Assembly (NCBI GenBank): GCA_037447605.1
Contig: CM074810.1
Location: 248,001-312,000 of the forward strand
Source of the DNA: Zygnema circumcarinatum SAG 698-1b
Taxonomy: Eukaryota > Plantae > Zygnematophyceae
Direction: 5' to 3'
Length of the DNA stretch: 64,000 nucleotides
Shown piece by piece: positions 22,776 through 40,804 of this stretch. Every line of letters starts with the position of its first letter. Within the stretch, counting starts at the first letter, position 1. The notes below the pieces were generated by a model. It did not search any database, was not told the DNA's origin, and worked only from the letters and a program-made list of their open reading frames with translations. Both the position numbers and the translations under genes were made by a program.

Positions 22776-23560
22776 AACGGGGAGGGACGGCTGCCTGAGC
22801 TGGGCAAGGCACTGAGGGGTGAGCTGTGGGAGGGAGGAGGGCAAGAAGCTCTTAGGAAGAGAGAGGGAGGGAGAGAGAGAAGGAGAGTGGGGGGGGATAA
22901 ATAGTCTAAGCTTGTTGGCGGTTGGTTCCGTTGAAATTGGGAGCCTTGGCCTGGGAAGCGCATCAAGAGCTTGCTTCTTGGATTATTATTAGGAAGTTGT
23001 AGTTTGAGGAAAGTAAGCGATTTTTGTTTTTTTGAGCGAGATGAGAGTTAAATATAAAGTTTGCGCGGCTTCTTTGTTTAAGTCTTCTTCTGTGGCTTGT
23101 GTGGACATCAGAGTCGTCACCAGCATGTCATGTAATATCATGTCATGTCATGTCACGGCACGTCACGTCACGTCACGTCATGTCACGTCACATCGTCATA
23201 TTTACCAGTCCTATACATTGCAGGATTAGACGGGATGTGTTGTAACCAGTTGAAAGAAAAATATAACATGCAAAACGTTCCGTTGCAGTGGTTTCATCAT
23301 TATATAAACAGTGAAGAGCTATTTCCTCGACCAATATTTACTCACAGCCCGCAATATCGCAAGCGCCCTCCGAAAACCAGAAACCGCAAAACACTAACCT
23401 ATACTCCTCTCTGTTCCAAATACAAAAATCGCTTCCTTTCAAAACCATGCCAAAAATATATTTGAAAAAAAGAAAATATGAATCCCCTCCCCTCCCCTTC
23501 TTCCCCNNNNNNNNNNCCCCCCCCCCCCCCCCTCCGCCCAATTCCCTTATTCCTACTATT

Positions 23561-25081
23561 CTATCTCGCCGACTCCCCCACAAGCACTTCCGCTAAGCCC
23601 TTTTTCTCCGCTTCTGAACCCAAAACCCTCGGGGGGGCGTGCCTGGACAAAACCCTAAGCTCCACATCTCCTCGAATTTCCAAAACCTGCGGAGCCGCAT
23701 TGTAGCATCCGGCGGACATTCCCACGTCCGTCCTCACCACCCTCCCTCCACAGACACCGTTGATTCCGGCCGGCTGCTGAATCGTGTGGCCCACAATCAT
23801 CCTCTTAGCCCCAGGAATCTTTTTTAGGGTTTCTTCAAGCAGCTCACAGTCACACTCACTCTCCTTCCTTTCCGAGTATTTTCTTGTCCAGACCACAGCG
23901 TCTGAACCCCGGAAAAACCTCGGGGCGGTTGGAGTTGGTTTTGGGGGCCATGGCTGGCCCTCCCTCCCCTCTCTCTCTCCCTTCTCTCTCTTCTCTCTCA
24001 ACCCCAACACCCACTCCCTCGACTCTCGATTAATCCGGTCAAGACCGTAGTCCACATGCTGAGGGAGAAGGCCTCCGTGAACAAATACAGAGCTTCCGAT
24101 CACAAGAACGGCCGGATTTGATGCCAGGTGGCGCGCGGAGAACGCGCCACCTGGCCTTAAAGCCGCATATCTCGCTCGAGCTTCTGGGGAAATGTAAGGA
24201 GGAACGCCTTCAAGTGGGTCTTTTGGAATTTCGGCCACGTGGCACTTCCTTTTAAGCTCATTGCCGATCCGTGTCCACGTGGCCCAATGGTCGAAGTCCC
24301 TCAACCCTTCCTTTGTGGCGTAGGTAAACCAGCCGTCCATGTTCCCGGTTTCGTGGTTTCCGAGCAGAACGTGTACCTGTCCTCCGCTTCGTTGCGATTC
24401 CTTTCGCAGTTTTTCGAGCAAATAAAGAACTGCAATTTCGCTGCCTCCACGATCGAGCTGGTCTCCTACCTGAACAAACATTACTTATACCCAACTTCAG
24501 AAAATTAGGGTTTCTGACGAGTACAGACTGCTGCATTAGGGCTTAGAATCTCCAGACCCTAAAACTAAAAAACCCTAAAGTCCCAAAAACCCCAAACCAT
24601 CCATACATGATAAGAGGCCCCCCCTCCCCCACACCTGCACGAGAACCGTCGATCCGCCAATCCAACGGTCCGAATCGTCGATGAGTCCCGCAATGCGCAG
24701 CGCCTCACGCGCTTTGGAGATGTCGCCATGGATGTCTCCCACAGCTACCACACGCTTCGCGGCAGGGAGGACTGTGGAAGAGGGAGAGGGCGAGGGAGAG
24801 GGAGAGGGAGAGGGAGAGTTGGCGGGAGTAAGGGAGGGCGAGGAGGGCAAGGGGGGAGAGGAGGGGAAGAGAAAGGAGAAGGAGGACTGGGAGGGAGAGG
24901 GAGGGGGAGAAGAGGAGGGAGAGGGACAGGAGGAAGAGGGAGAGGGAGAGGGAGAGGGGCCAAGGACGTAGCCTCCCACAGCGCAGTCAACGAGAGCGTC
25001 AACAAAGGTGGAGAGGACGTTGGGCAGGTTCGAGCAGAGGGGGGAAGGAGAAGGGGGTGGCGGAGGCGTGAAGACCGCCAT
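23561..25081 (-). CDS. SLP2: Shewanella-like PPP protein phosphatase 2
   Basis: Exons 25081-24635 and 24469-23561. PPP metal motifs GDIHG, GDQLDRG, GNHE, HGG, VGHT. The SLP2-type N-terminal LSTFVDALVD and C-terminal CDC..LEE.L..IPGAKRMIVGHTIQ..GINGVC..VVRTDVGMS.GC are present. Confidence 0.93.
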
Positions 25082-26239
25082 GAGAGTGAGAGAGGGAGGA
25101 GGGAGATGGAGAGAGAAAGGAATCCAGGAGGGAGGGGGATACAGAGAGGAGGGGCGAGGCCGGATAGACAAAGGGGGGGGGGGTAAGTGTGGGAGAGAAA
25201 GAGATATATCGGGTCAAATTGTGACGATACGCTACGATACGGTAAGGTTTGCCAAAGACTGGCCGCAAAACGACAAACATCTATACGATTTCCGTACGCC
25301 TAAAGTACGGACTTCCCACTGGCTGACAAGTGGCGGCTCCTCATTGGTAGAATGCTGCATGCAATGTGATGTGGACCGGCTCCTCGTTGTTCTTCTTCCC
25401 CCCTTCCAATATAGGGGGGCCAGACTTAGCCCGGAGCGTACTAAATTCATGAATTTAGTATATTTGGGTTTTTAGTGAATTTAGTATACTAAAAGTTAAC
25501 GTTTCGTGTACGAATTCCGGGTCGGGATCCGCGGCTCCGCTGAAACCAGCCGTACCAAAATGCGTACCTAGCCAATGCTTAATTCGCTCTATAGGCTTAC
25601 TGAATTGACTTGGCCGTCAGTTAAGTCTGAACCCCACCTAATAAAATGTTGGTTTTGAGCCGTGGCCGGGTGAAGGCGTCTCGCCATCGTGAGACCGGTG
25701 GCAAATCTATTTCTAATTCAATTTTTATTCTATTTGAATGAAGATGGAAAGAAATTCAGAGCGGTCCAAATCAGGAGGCGAAACAAAAACAGTGGTGCGT
25801 AGTCGTCCCCTTTGAGAATAAAAATGAAAAAAAAAAAAAAAAAGCACGACATAAGAAAAAATCATGGCATGGAAGCCCCTAAACGTCCTAGAGCCTCCTG
25901 CAGCCTTATTAATAGCTCTAATAGTTCTAACCCTCTCTCCCACTCTCCCTCTATCCTACTCTCCTTCTCTCCGTATCTCCCTCACTCCTCACTTCCTCAC
26001 AGAGTCTCTCTCCCTCTTCCCCTCGCCATCATAAAATCGGCTCAAATGTTGATTGGAAAAAAACAAAAAAAATCATAAATATTATTCTCCTAATCATCCT
26101 AAAAAATCACTGAAATCCAGCGGTCTGATAAATAGGATCCAACAGGATTCAATAAATACGTCCTTATTCTCTCTCTCTTCCTTCCCCTGTTTCCATGCTC
26201 GATGGCTCCGCTCCGTTGAAGCATAGAACACGGAATCAG

Positions 26240-29200
26240 TTAGAACGAAAGAATCACAAAAATTGCCGAGATAAACCCCCATAATATGGCGGTTGAGACC
26301 TTGAACCCCTCAACATTCGGGGCGGAAGAAGGGGGCTTGGTGGAGTCTTGCTTACGATGCCTCCGCCAGGAGGAGGGGGAGAGCTCACTACCCCTGGTGG
26401 AAGAGGAGGAGGAGGAGGGGGGCGTGCTGGGGCACTGCAACTCACACTCAACAACAGGATTAGGTTTCGGGTTTCAGGAAGAGAGAGAGAGAGGGAGAGA
26501 GCGAGAGTGGGAGAGAGGGAATGAGGGAGATGGAGGGAGACGGCAGCGAGGGAGAGGGGGAGAGAAGGGGAAGGAAGGATAATGAGAGGTCAAACATCAC
26601 ACCTATAATCGGAGTATTGGTTGAATTCTAAGAGCAAAATCTTGTCCATGTTGACTGTTGTCCAGTCATCCATGAGGATGCCGCCCGTGTCTACTGAGTT
26701 CGGGCCCCACGTGAAGTAGGTCCAAACCAGCTGCTTAGAACTGCAGACGCAGCCAACAGAAGTTAAGGAAAAGAAAAGGGAGGGGAAGGAAAGAAATACT
26801 ATAAAAATTGGGATGTCTGTATCTTGACATTTCCGAGTCGGGAGAGCGATGAGGTGGAGGAGAAGGGAGGAGAAGGGAGAGGGAGAGAAGGGAAGTGGAG
26901 ATGGGAGGAAGAGGGAGGAGGCAGAGAAGGGAAGTGGAAATGGGAGGGAGAGGGAGAAAGGGGAGGGAGAGAAGGGAAGGGGGAAGGGGAGCGAGAGGAT
27001 ACTACCTGGTTGCATCTCACAGAAGCTTAGACCCTCTCTTTCCTTTTTCTTGTCTTCCCGCTGCCCAGTGCCTCTCCTACCCTCTGCAACTCTTCCCTTT
27101 TGCTCTTTTATTTAATTTTCTATCTCCCTCTGCCTGAACTTTTTCATGCCTATGTGAAACTGACAGTTTCAACATAGAAACCCGCAGTATGCTTGGATCC
27201 GTTTTCTTGGTATGCAAGTTTGGGAAGGAGAAAAGAATGAAGGTCTTACTCTATGTAGTTAAGGAAAGTTTGAAACCATGCTTTCTCGACAAGGGCGAGG
27301 GGCTCCGTGCTGTTGAAGATTACTTTTGTTCCAAATTCTCCCACCCAGACAGGTGCAATATTTTGGTCATGCACAAAGCCGTAAACATTGTCCCAGTGCT
27401 GCTGCAAGTTGTCTGGAAAATTAACCGCTTTGAGCCACGTGTTGTTTGCGACATAAGGGCCATACTCATGGATAGAGTACACGAGCTTATTGGGTTCCTG
27501 AATCGCCGACAAATTTACGGTACGAGTTAAGCAAAACTAAAGCGATGGAAGTGAAATCAGAAAGGGAGCAGTATAGTGGTGAATGCTTTTCAAAATTCAC
27601 AGGGGAGCAATAGTGGAGAGCTCCAAGTATAGTCCTCTCATCTACAGCTAATAGATGTGTTTCATTAGTTGATGCTGGGAGGTGGTGGGGGTTGAACTCA
27701 TGGGGTTGAACTTAGAAAACGAGAGAGAGAGAGAGAGAGATAGAGAAAGAGAGCGACAGACTTACCGTCAGATTCAAGGGATACTGCAGCAAGGGTATGA
27801 GGTTTCCTCCCCAGTTTGCGTCATAATACATTCCTTCCACGCAGATTAGCCAGGCAGGGTTGATCTCCAGAATCGCTTCAGCAGCCCTAAAGTGACCAAA
27901 CAATCAACTCAAATTGGGAGGCGCCAATTAATCATTCCTGTGAGGTAAAGTGATATCCTGATTCCTGAACTTCCAAGAATTGGTCTTTATCGCATGACTG
28001 GGTCTCCCGAATCGTTCAATAGTCACGTTTGTACATTTGGATATTAGTGTTCTCTCCCAATACTTCTTCCGGTTGTCCCATAGCGCTCTAAAAATCCTAC
28101 AAATGTGCTTTATGCGTTCTTTATCACTGATGCAAAAACTCTTTCTTTTATCCAACTTCCTCGTCCCGTCCCTCTCCCCTTCTCTTATCTGCACCTTGAT
28201 GTATTTGGAATCAGCTTCCTTAACTAGTTTATACTGTGCTGCCGAAAATGCTCTCCTGTTGTTAAAAAGGAAAAGACAAAAATCTTGTAAAAAGTTCTTA
28301 CGTTAGTGCAGCATATCGCCAATTGTTGTCGTTTGTGCTCATATCCCAAACGGGAGCAACCGCACCTCCAAAATGAGGCTCGTTGAACAGGTCTACCTGT
28401 ACAACAAAAAACGACTTTCATTCTTCTCGATGCAGAACTTGCACAATAGAGAATAGGTATCACTTTGACTGCAGGATTAATCCCTCTCGCTCTCTCGTTC
28501 TTCTCCTCTCACTTGTCTCTCCGTCGCTGTATCCAGTTCCCTCCATCATCCTTCAAGCTGCCTCTCTGTCAGCTTGCGCCTCTTTCCTCTTTCTAACCTA
28601 CAAGTCACTTGCCTCTCCCTTCTCTTCACTCACTCCCTCTCCCTCTCCCTTCCCCCTCCTTCATACACACACACGCACACTGATTTGCATCCGAAAAGTG
28701 AATTGAATCGGAGACTTATTCGTTGTACTCCAGCATTGACTAAAGCATTGAACAGAGATATGTGAGTCCCCAAAATAGTGGGAAAATTCAAGTGCCGAAT
28801 GATCAGAACTAAAAATCGCCACTAGCAACTCAGATTCCAAGTCCTAAGGTTGCTCCTACTTCGTGTAACCTCGAAACGTGGATGTACGTTTCATTTCTGT
28901 CCCCTCCCCCTCCCCCCCCCCCCTCCCCCCACCTCCCCCCCCCTCCCTCCCCTTCTTTTTCTCTAAGTGTTTCAAACTCACCCCAACTACTGCATCGTAA
29001 TCTTTAAGTGCGGTTGCAACACTCTTCCACGTGTCAAGCCAATACGATGTCGGATACGTTTCATTGTACCAAAGCCCATCCTCCGGCTTTCCGGTTTTAT
29101 CTGTCACGTCACGTCGATGGTAATCCAAAATCACTCTCATGCCTTTGTCTCCGGCAGCTTGCACGACTGACTGCATCGCTTCTATCGAAGTTTTGGCCTT

Positions 29201-30705
29201 CAGAAAAAAAAAAAAAAAAAAGAAAAAAACAGGGAACAACGGCATGAGAAAAACTTTGTCAGACAATCTCTCATATCCTCTTTAACAAAAGCACACAAAT
29301 GAACCTCTAAATTCTAAACTCTAATCCAACACCCCCTAAACCCCTATTACCTAAACTCTAAACATCAAGCCACAAACCCCTTCACCTTAAAACCTAACCC
29401 CAAACTTTAACCCGAAACCAGAGAGGCTGAGGTCAGTGACTTGCCGAAGTAGGGATTGCGAAACACTTACGAGTAGGTCAGGATTTTTTTCGAGATCAAT
29501 TGCCGTCTTTATAGGCACAACACCCTCTTGGACGCAGCTCCCTGCAAAGGGGAGACGGATGAGATTGAAGCCCAAAACCTTCATCTGATCGAGGTAGGAG
29601 GAATAGCTCCGGACCCACAGCCCATCCACAATGCAGTTTGCGCTCTCAAAGCCATTCCAGTTAATCCCCGAAAAGAAAACCTGACCAAGCCAAGCCAAGC
29701 CAACACAAAACCGTACATGATTAGCTGCAAACACTTTAGATTAAATATATTCGCAGAGGGTATGTGTTCTCCCACTCTCATTCTCGCATCCTCACTCCAG
29801 CCCTCTCTCTCACTCTCTCTCGCTCTCTCTCTCTCCCCCTCTCTCTCTCTCTCTCTCTCTCGCTCTCGCTCTCCCCCTTCCCCCTCTCTCCTCCCCAAAT
29901 CCCTCACCTGCTAACCCCTACCCCTCTCTCTTCCCCGCTCTCCCAGTCCCACACTCCTCGCCCTCCCCCTCCCCCTTTCACTCCCTCACCCTCCTCTCTC
30001 GCTCTCCCCCTCTTTCCCTCTCCCGAAGCCTGCCATTCTCTCCGTCTCTTCCTCCCCCCCCTCCCTCCTCTCCGACGTCCACTCCCTCTCCCCCACCCTG
30101 CCATTCTCTCCTTCTCGTCCCCCCTCTCCCTCCTCTCCTACGTCCGCTCCCTTTCCCTCCTCTTCTCTTCTCCACGCCTTCTCTCCTCTCCACCTACTTC
30201 ACCTCGTCTTTTCCCTCCTCGCTCTCTTCCTCGTCTCTGCCACTCCCTCTTCACAACCCCCATGGAGACGTCCTACTGATACATAAACATTGGACGTGTA
30301 CAGCTGGCGTACTAACATGTCAAAAGAAAAAAGAAATACTGGCTATGATCTAACAAACCTCAAAAAAACAATGCTTACAGCCCACTTGTTGGATGCAGTT
30401 TACGGACGCCGAGATGCAAAAAAGTACACGTTCAATTATTATAAACTGCAACTACAAGCTACTATAACAACTGGGCATGAAGGTTTCAAGATGAGTTCTG
30501 GACATAAAGATAACTATGGTTGAAATGTGGGAACACAAACCAAATCTCCGTCCTCGTCGACAATTCTGTTGCCTTTGGTACTCCAGTAGCCTTTCCCTTC
30601 CTTAAGTTTCCTCTGCGGGAGTTTTGAATCCCCAAGTTCATTGCTTGGAAGTAGGCTTGAAAACGCCAAACTTAGTAATGTCAAGGCAACTACAAGTCGT
30701 AGGAC
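26240..30705 (-). CDS. GH5 endo-1,4-beta-glucanase, Acidothermus E1-like (GH5_1), copy A; start codon unresolved
   Basis: Exons 30705-30541, 29680-29471, 29197-28982, 28396-28302, 27886-27766, 27497-27250, 26740-26603, 26434-~26240. Motifs GYWST.GNRI, GINWNGFE, FNLIRLPF, LDYHR, DLFNEPH (acid/base), WGGNL, NKLVYSIHEYGP, APVWVGEFG (nucleophile), WGPNSVDTGGILMDDW. Hydrophobic N-terminal segment. The 5'-most exon and the last-exon frame are ambiguous. Confidence 0.9.
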
Positions 30706-31669
30706 CTGCAGAGAAATAGGACCATCAACACAGGTTTCGCGTGAGCTCTTACTTATTAAAAAGATGGCATGGATGTTTTCCGCATGTAAGAGCTTACATG
30801 TCACTCGTTTCAAGACAAACATTGCACAAACTCGCATAGAAAAAATCGCAGAGTTCACGCATTTCTCACATTTTTTGGTAACATTCTGAAGTCCACACTC
30901 TTTCGAAGACCTTCCCTCCCTCGTCCTGACTAGAAACTCCTCCAACAAATTCTGCGGATATTTCAGCAGTGCAACAATCTGAGAGAGAACGCCGCCAGAG
31001 GGAGCGATAGCGAGAAAGGCACACAGAGGGAGAGAGCCCCCTTCTCCTTCCCCTCCTCCTCCTGTCTCTCCATTGCTTAGCTAGCGAGATGTGAAAAGCG
31101 AAATGTAAAATGCAAAATGCAAAACGCAGAATGCAGAATGCTGAATGTGAAATGTGGCTTGAAGCAGGCAAAAGAAAAAACTTAAGCAACTGTTTTTCCA
31201 ATCAGAATGCAGGAATGCAACACTCTTTTCCACTGCATGCTTGCAAGTCCTCGCCAAAGACAGGCAAAAAAACGTGCTTTTTGCAGAATGCTAACAAGTT
31301 ACAGCCGCTGGCCTGCACCATCATCCGGATCTGGTCCTTTGCAACATCTTTACAGACAGCAACTAGCATCAGAGACGATAAAAAAAATCATTATTTTAGC
31401 CTGCTATCGAGTAAGCAGATGGAACTGCTCCCTTGCAGCATGCTTCAAACCAGCAACAAATGATCAAAAGAGCCCCCTTGACAGAATGATGCGAGAAAAA
31501 AGATGCTGTAACAAAAAAAAACTGATGCAGAAAACATAATCTTGACTGCAGAATGTTTCTGATACAAAAAATACGAAAAAAATGAGCGCCTTGCTTACCA
31601 GCATCTGCAGCAGCAAGCAGGGGGGGAGCAGCCACCTGTGAGAGCTGAGCTGCCCTGAGTGGAGGTGCA

Positions 31670-32215
31670 GGTGCAGGCCTGTACCAACTGTACAGACTGA
31701 CTAGAATGTACGGAAATCCAAACTCCTGTCAGTCAACAGGCGTCGTCAAGTGGAGGGGAAGGTGCAGGCCTGTACAAACGGTACTATAATGTACGGAAAT
31801 CCATAATCCTGTCAGCAACAGGCGTCACTAACGAGCAGGAGAGGGAGTGGTGGGGAGCTTCTGGAGAATCTTCATCCTGACATTACAGTACAGTAGACCC
31901 CCCCAATATTTTCGCCATGGTTTCGGCAAATATTGGGCGAAAATATTGGGTAGCGAAAATATAAGGGTGCGTGTTAACAATAGGCGGGCAGTATTATGTT
32001 AAAAAGGTTTTGGCAAATTCAGGGCGAAAATATTGGGGAGCGAAAATATTGGGGAGCGAAAATATTGGGGAGCGAAAATAAGAGGGGCGAAAATATTGGG
32101 GGGGTCTACTGTACCGGGCATTTGCAGGAATGTACGGACAGTACCAACTGTCGGACTGTGTTTTGATAACTGTACGGATACCGAATTTCCTGTCAGTCAA
32201 CAGGAGCCGTCAACG
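31670..32215. repeat. Three diverged ~75-90 bp direct repeats in the cellulase bidirectional promoter, interrupted by the MITE
   Basis: Shared blocks AATGTACGGA and TCCTGTCAG(T)CAACAGG at 31670-31745, 31761-31828, 32125-32215; GGTGCAGGCCTGTAC occurs in the first two. Confidence 0.75.
31891..32111. mobile_element. 221-bp non-autonomous Tc1/mariner (pogo/Tigger-like) MITE
   Basis: Perfect 26-bp terminal inverted repeats CAGTAGACCCCCCCAATATTTTCGCC and GGCGAAAATATTGGGGGGGTCTACTG; TA target-site duplication on both sides (31889-90, 32112-13); internal 16-nt tandem GCGAAAATATTGGGGA units. Confidence 0.9.
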
Positions 32216-32284
32216 GTCCTCTCCGCATCCAGCGCTAGGGATCGTCTTTCTTCTGGCCACCAACTAATGAGGATTGGCACGTTA

Positions 32285-32441
32285 CGTGGCGCATCCCTAT
32301 TGGATGACTGGAATCACGACCAAAAAATTGTACGGTTTAGGACGTAAAAGTAAGCCTTGCTTACACATGCAAAAAAGCACATGGCAGCCAATAACAGGCT
32401 GCCAGGTCAGCACAGCTGCCAGCGTGGCGATCCGTGATTGG
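32285..32441. promoter_or_regulatory. Two perfect and one variant CCAAT-N9-CCACG elements between the divergent cellulases
   Basis: Perfect (-) sites at 32285-32303 and 32423-32441; the variant CCAAT-N9-CCAGG at 32388-32406 forms a dyad with the latter at the same 16-nt spacing. Confidence 0.65.
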
Positions 32442-33497
32442 CCGATTGTGACAGTCAATGACTGACAACGAATTGATTCCCGACACTTGTAAGACCTAGG
32501 TCACCTCTAAAAGTACAGCCTAGCCGACAATTCCGTACGCTTGGAAGGCGCACTTAGACATGATTTTGTACAACCTCCTGCCGCCAGTGTGACGTGACAG
32601 CCGCCTAGGAGCCCCAAGCTACAAAGTTTTAGTTTTCAAAGGCGGCGCGATCAGCGGAGGGGGTGCCAGGCTGAAGGGTCAGAGAACGGACGGCTGCGAT
32701 CAGCCTGCTAGAAATCTGGACGGCTGAAACCGACCTGCAAGTAGGCCCGCAAGTGGCCGACCAGCGACCGACCCAGAACGGCCACAAGGTGTCCGTACGC
32801 AAAAAATCTCCCGCCAGAAACAACCACGAATGAGAAGCTTCCACCTGTACGCCCTCCGGAAATTCCGTAGAAATTATCGCGATATATCTCGGTATATCCC
32901 AGTCTATTCTGAGCGCTCCGATATACCGACCGTTGCTCCCACCTTTTCACTCCCACTCCCGCTTCAACTCCTGCCCGTGTTGTCCTTCTCCTCCCGTTCC
33001 CTCCCTCTCCCTCTCCGTCTCCCTCTCCCTCTGCCTCTACCTCTCACTCTCCCTCTGCCTCTACCTCTCACTCTCCCTCTCCCTCTGCCTCTCCCTCTCC
33101 CTCTGCCTCTCCCTCTCCCTCTGCCTCTGCCTCGTCCTTGCCCTTTCCCTCACTCTGTTTGCGCCAATTAGAGGCTTCTCTGCTGATTGTGCGCCAGGTC
33201 GGCTCCTCCTCCATTAATTTCTGTACTCCTTCAATCTCTCAATCTCGCGCTCTCGCACTCTCTATCTCCCTTTGTCTCCCTCCCTGTAGCTTTGTCACTC
33301 TCGCTTTGTCTCTCCCTTTCTCCGTGTCGCGCTCTCTCTCTGTCTCTTTCTCTCTCTCTTTCTCTCTCTCCCTCTCTATATCTCTCTCTTTTTCTCTCTC
33401 TCTCTATCTCCCTCTCTCTTGCTCTCTCGAGATTGCCCTATTTCTCTACTTCATCTAAAAGCTGCATTTTTTGTGGTCTCCAGCAGGCGGGCCCCTC

Positions 33498-38846
<5,349 letters not shown>

Positions 38847-40244
38847 GAGCCTGGAGAATTAGGCGTCGAAGGACAGAGTGTGGGAGAGAGGAGTGGGAGA
38901 AGGGAGATGGGAGGAGAGGGTAGAGGGGGAGGGGGAGAGCGACGGGGAAATGAGAGAGGGAGGGGGGGAGGGGAGGGGGAGAGGGCGAGAGGGAGAGGAG
39001 AGGGGGGACGGGGAAGGGGAGAGAGAGCGGAGCAAGCAGACAGGAGAGAGGGGAGGAGAACAGAGGGAGGCGTGGAGGAGGGAGACGGATGGGCGTAGAT
39101 AAACAAGTGTCGTGGAACGAATGTGTGTTATTGCAGGAATTCTGGAACCCTAGTTATAATTTATTCATTCGTGGACTCAGAGGAATGAAATAGTCAGGTG
39201 GGTTTTTTGGTCGTGGGGAGCGAAGGGGGGGAGAAGGAGTGAGAGAAGGCTGAGTTAATAATTGGCAGGAATTTTTAAAAAGGGGGAATGATACCCCCCT
39301 CCCCAGTTTTGGATATCCCGCCCCATTTTATTTTGTTTTTTGAGAGACAAAAATATGTTAGGCCTGCCCGAATCCCTTTTTTTTGGTCACGTTTTTACGA
39401 ACATCAAAATGTGCATGGAATGAGCGATCCCGGGCGGTGTACCCTTTTCAAAATGCTGGCTGTAGTCATCAGGGTTTAGGGTTCAGGGTTTGGAAGGAAG
39501 CTGCAGCTAATCATACGAGACAATTTGGAGATAATTTTGAAAAGTGAAGGAAAACATGAAAACCTGCCAAGAAGGCAAAAAGGGAAAAGCTTAAACCTTT
39601 CCTACCTGCAGTATCACATTTCTTCGCGTCCCTCGCCTCTAAGTGTGCAAAAAAAAATTTGGTTTTGCGCCCAACAATTGATGAAGCAGTCCGATCCTGG
39701 AAGGAACAAGAATTTGCTTTTCGTCATACAATTTTTTTTGGCTGTGGGTTGGTTGCGGCTGTTCACACTTGGACCGGATGTGGAACGGAACATTTCTGAT
39801 CCCGTTTTCGCGTCAGAACACTTCTCGCATCGCCGTTGTGATCCAAACCCATTCCAAATTTGCAAAGAACATGCGCACAGACGCTTCCAAGGGAAGAAAT
39901 GTGGCATTGGTCTCACGATGGCGATGATGCCATGAAATGTACATGCACAAAATCATCACTTCCAAGTGTTTAACACTTTCATGTTCTTCATACCTCTGTT
40001 CAGTAGCTATCGTCAAATTCAGTACTATGTTTCAGAGTACATGCGTGCTACCACATCATGCTCAATCACAACCGTTCATCCAACTTAGAAATCCGGATTT
40101 CAGTGTCAAATACCGGTATCCCCAATCTTACTCTGAACCCAAACTTCAAAACCAGCTTGAATTCTATCCATGTACCGCAGTAACCTATGTTTTTTTTCTT
40201 CTTTATTAAGTCCAGGTTCTCAACGAAACCCTAAACCCTAAACC

Positions 40245-40749
40245 CTATTCAATATGAACATCAATCTTCTCCTCCTCCGTCATCTTCAACACAATGATCC
40301 ATAGCAGCCCGTTCTCCATTCTCGCCTTAATTTTATTCCCCAGTGCAGTCTCCGGAAGGTCAAAGCGTTTCTCCCACGGACCTGCCTTGCCATCTCCCTA
40401 ACAAAGGAGGGAGAGAGACAGTGCAGAAAGGGGTCAATTACAAAGACAGGATAATTATCTGCAGCCAAACTATGCTCCCAGAAACCCTAAATGCAAGGAT
40501 TTTCAAAAAAACTTAAGACTCTCAACCTTCTTTTGTGTTGTTCATCTGCTTCATCAGATTTTCTCGTACGTTCAAATGTCAATAGTCCTGAATCTGAGAA
40601 TTGGTTCAAAAATTTGCCGGAGAGAGCAAGGGAGAGAGGGGGAGAGAGAGGGAGAGAGGGAGAGAGACGGAGAGGGGGAGAGGCAGGGATTACGTTATAG
40701 TAAGAGGGGAAGAGGGAGAGTGGTAGGTGGCCCGAGAGAGACAGCGAGC

Positions 40750-40804
<55 letters not shown>

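Noticed and set aside
30866-31201. Candidate first exon or start codon for cellulase A
   Set aside because: No ATG-containing exon could be joined in phase with confidence; the 5' end is left unresolved.
39525-40209. Several 70-136 aa ORFs between cellulase B and the sHSP gene
   Set aside because: No recognisable transposase or other motifs; the region looks like decayed repeat and UTR sequence.
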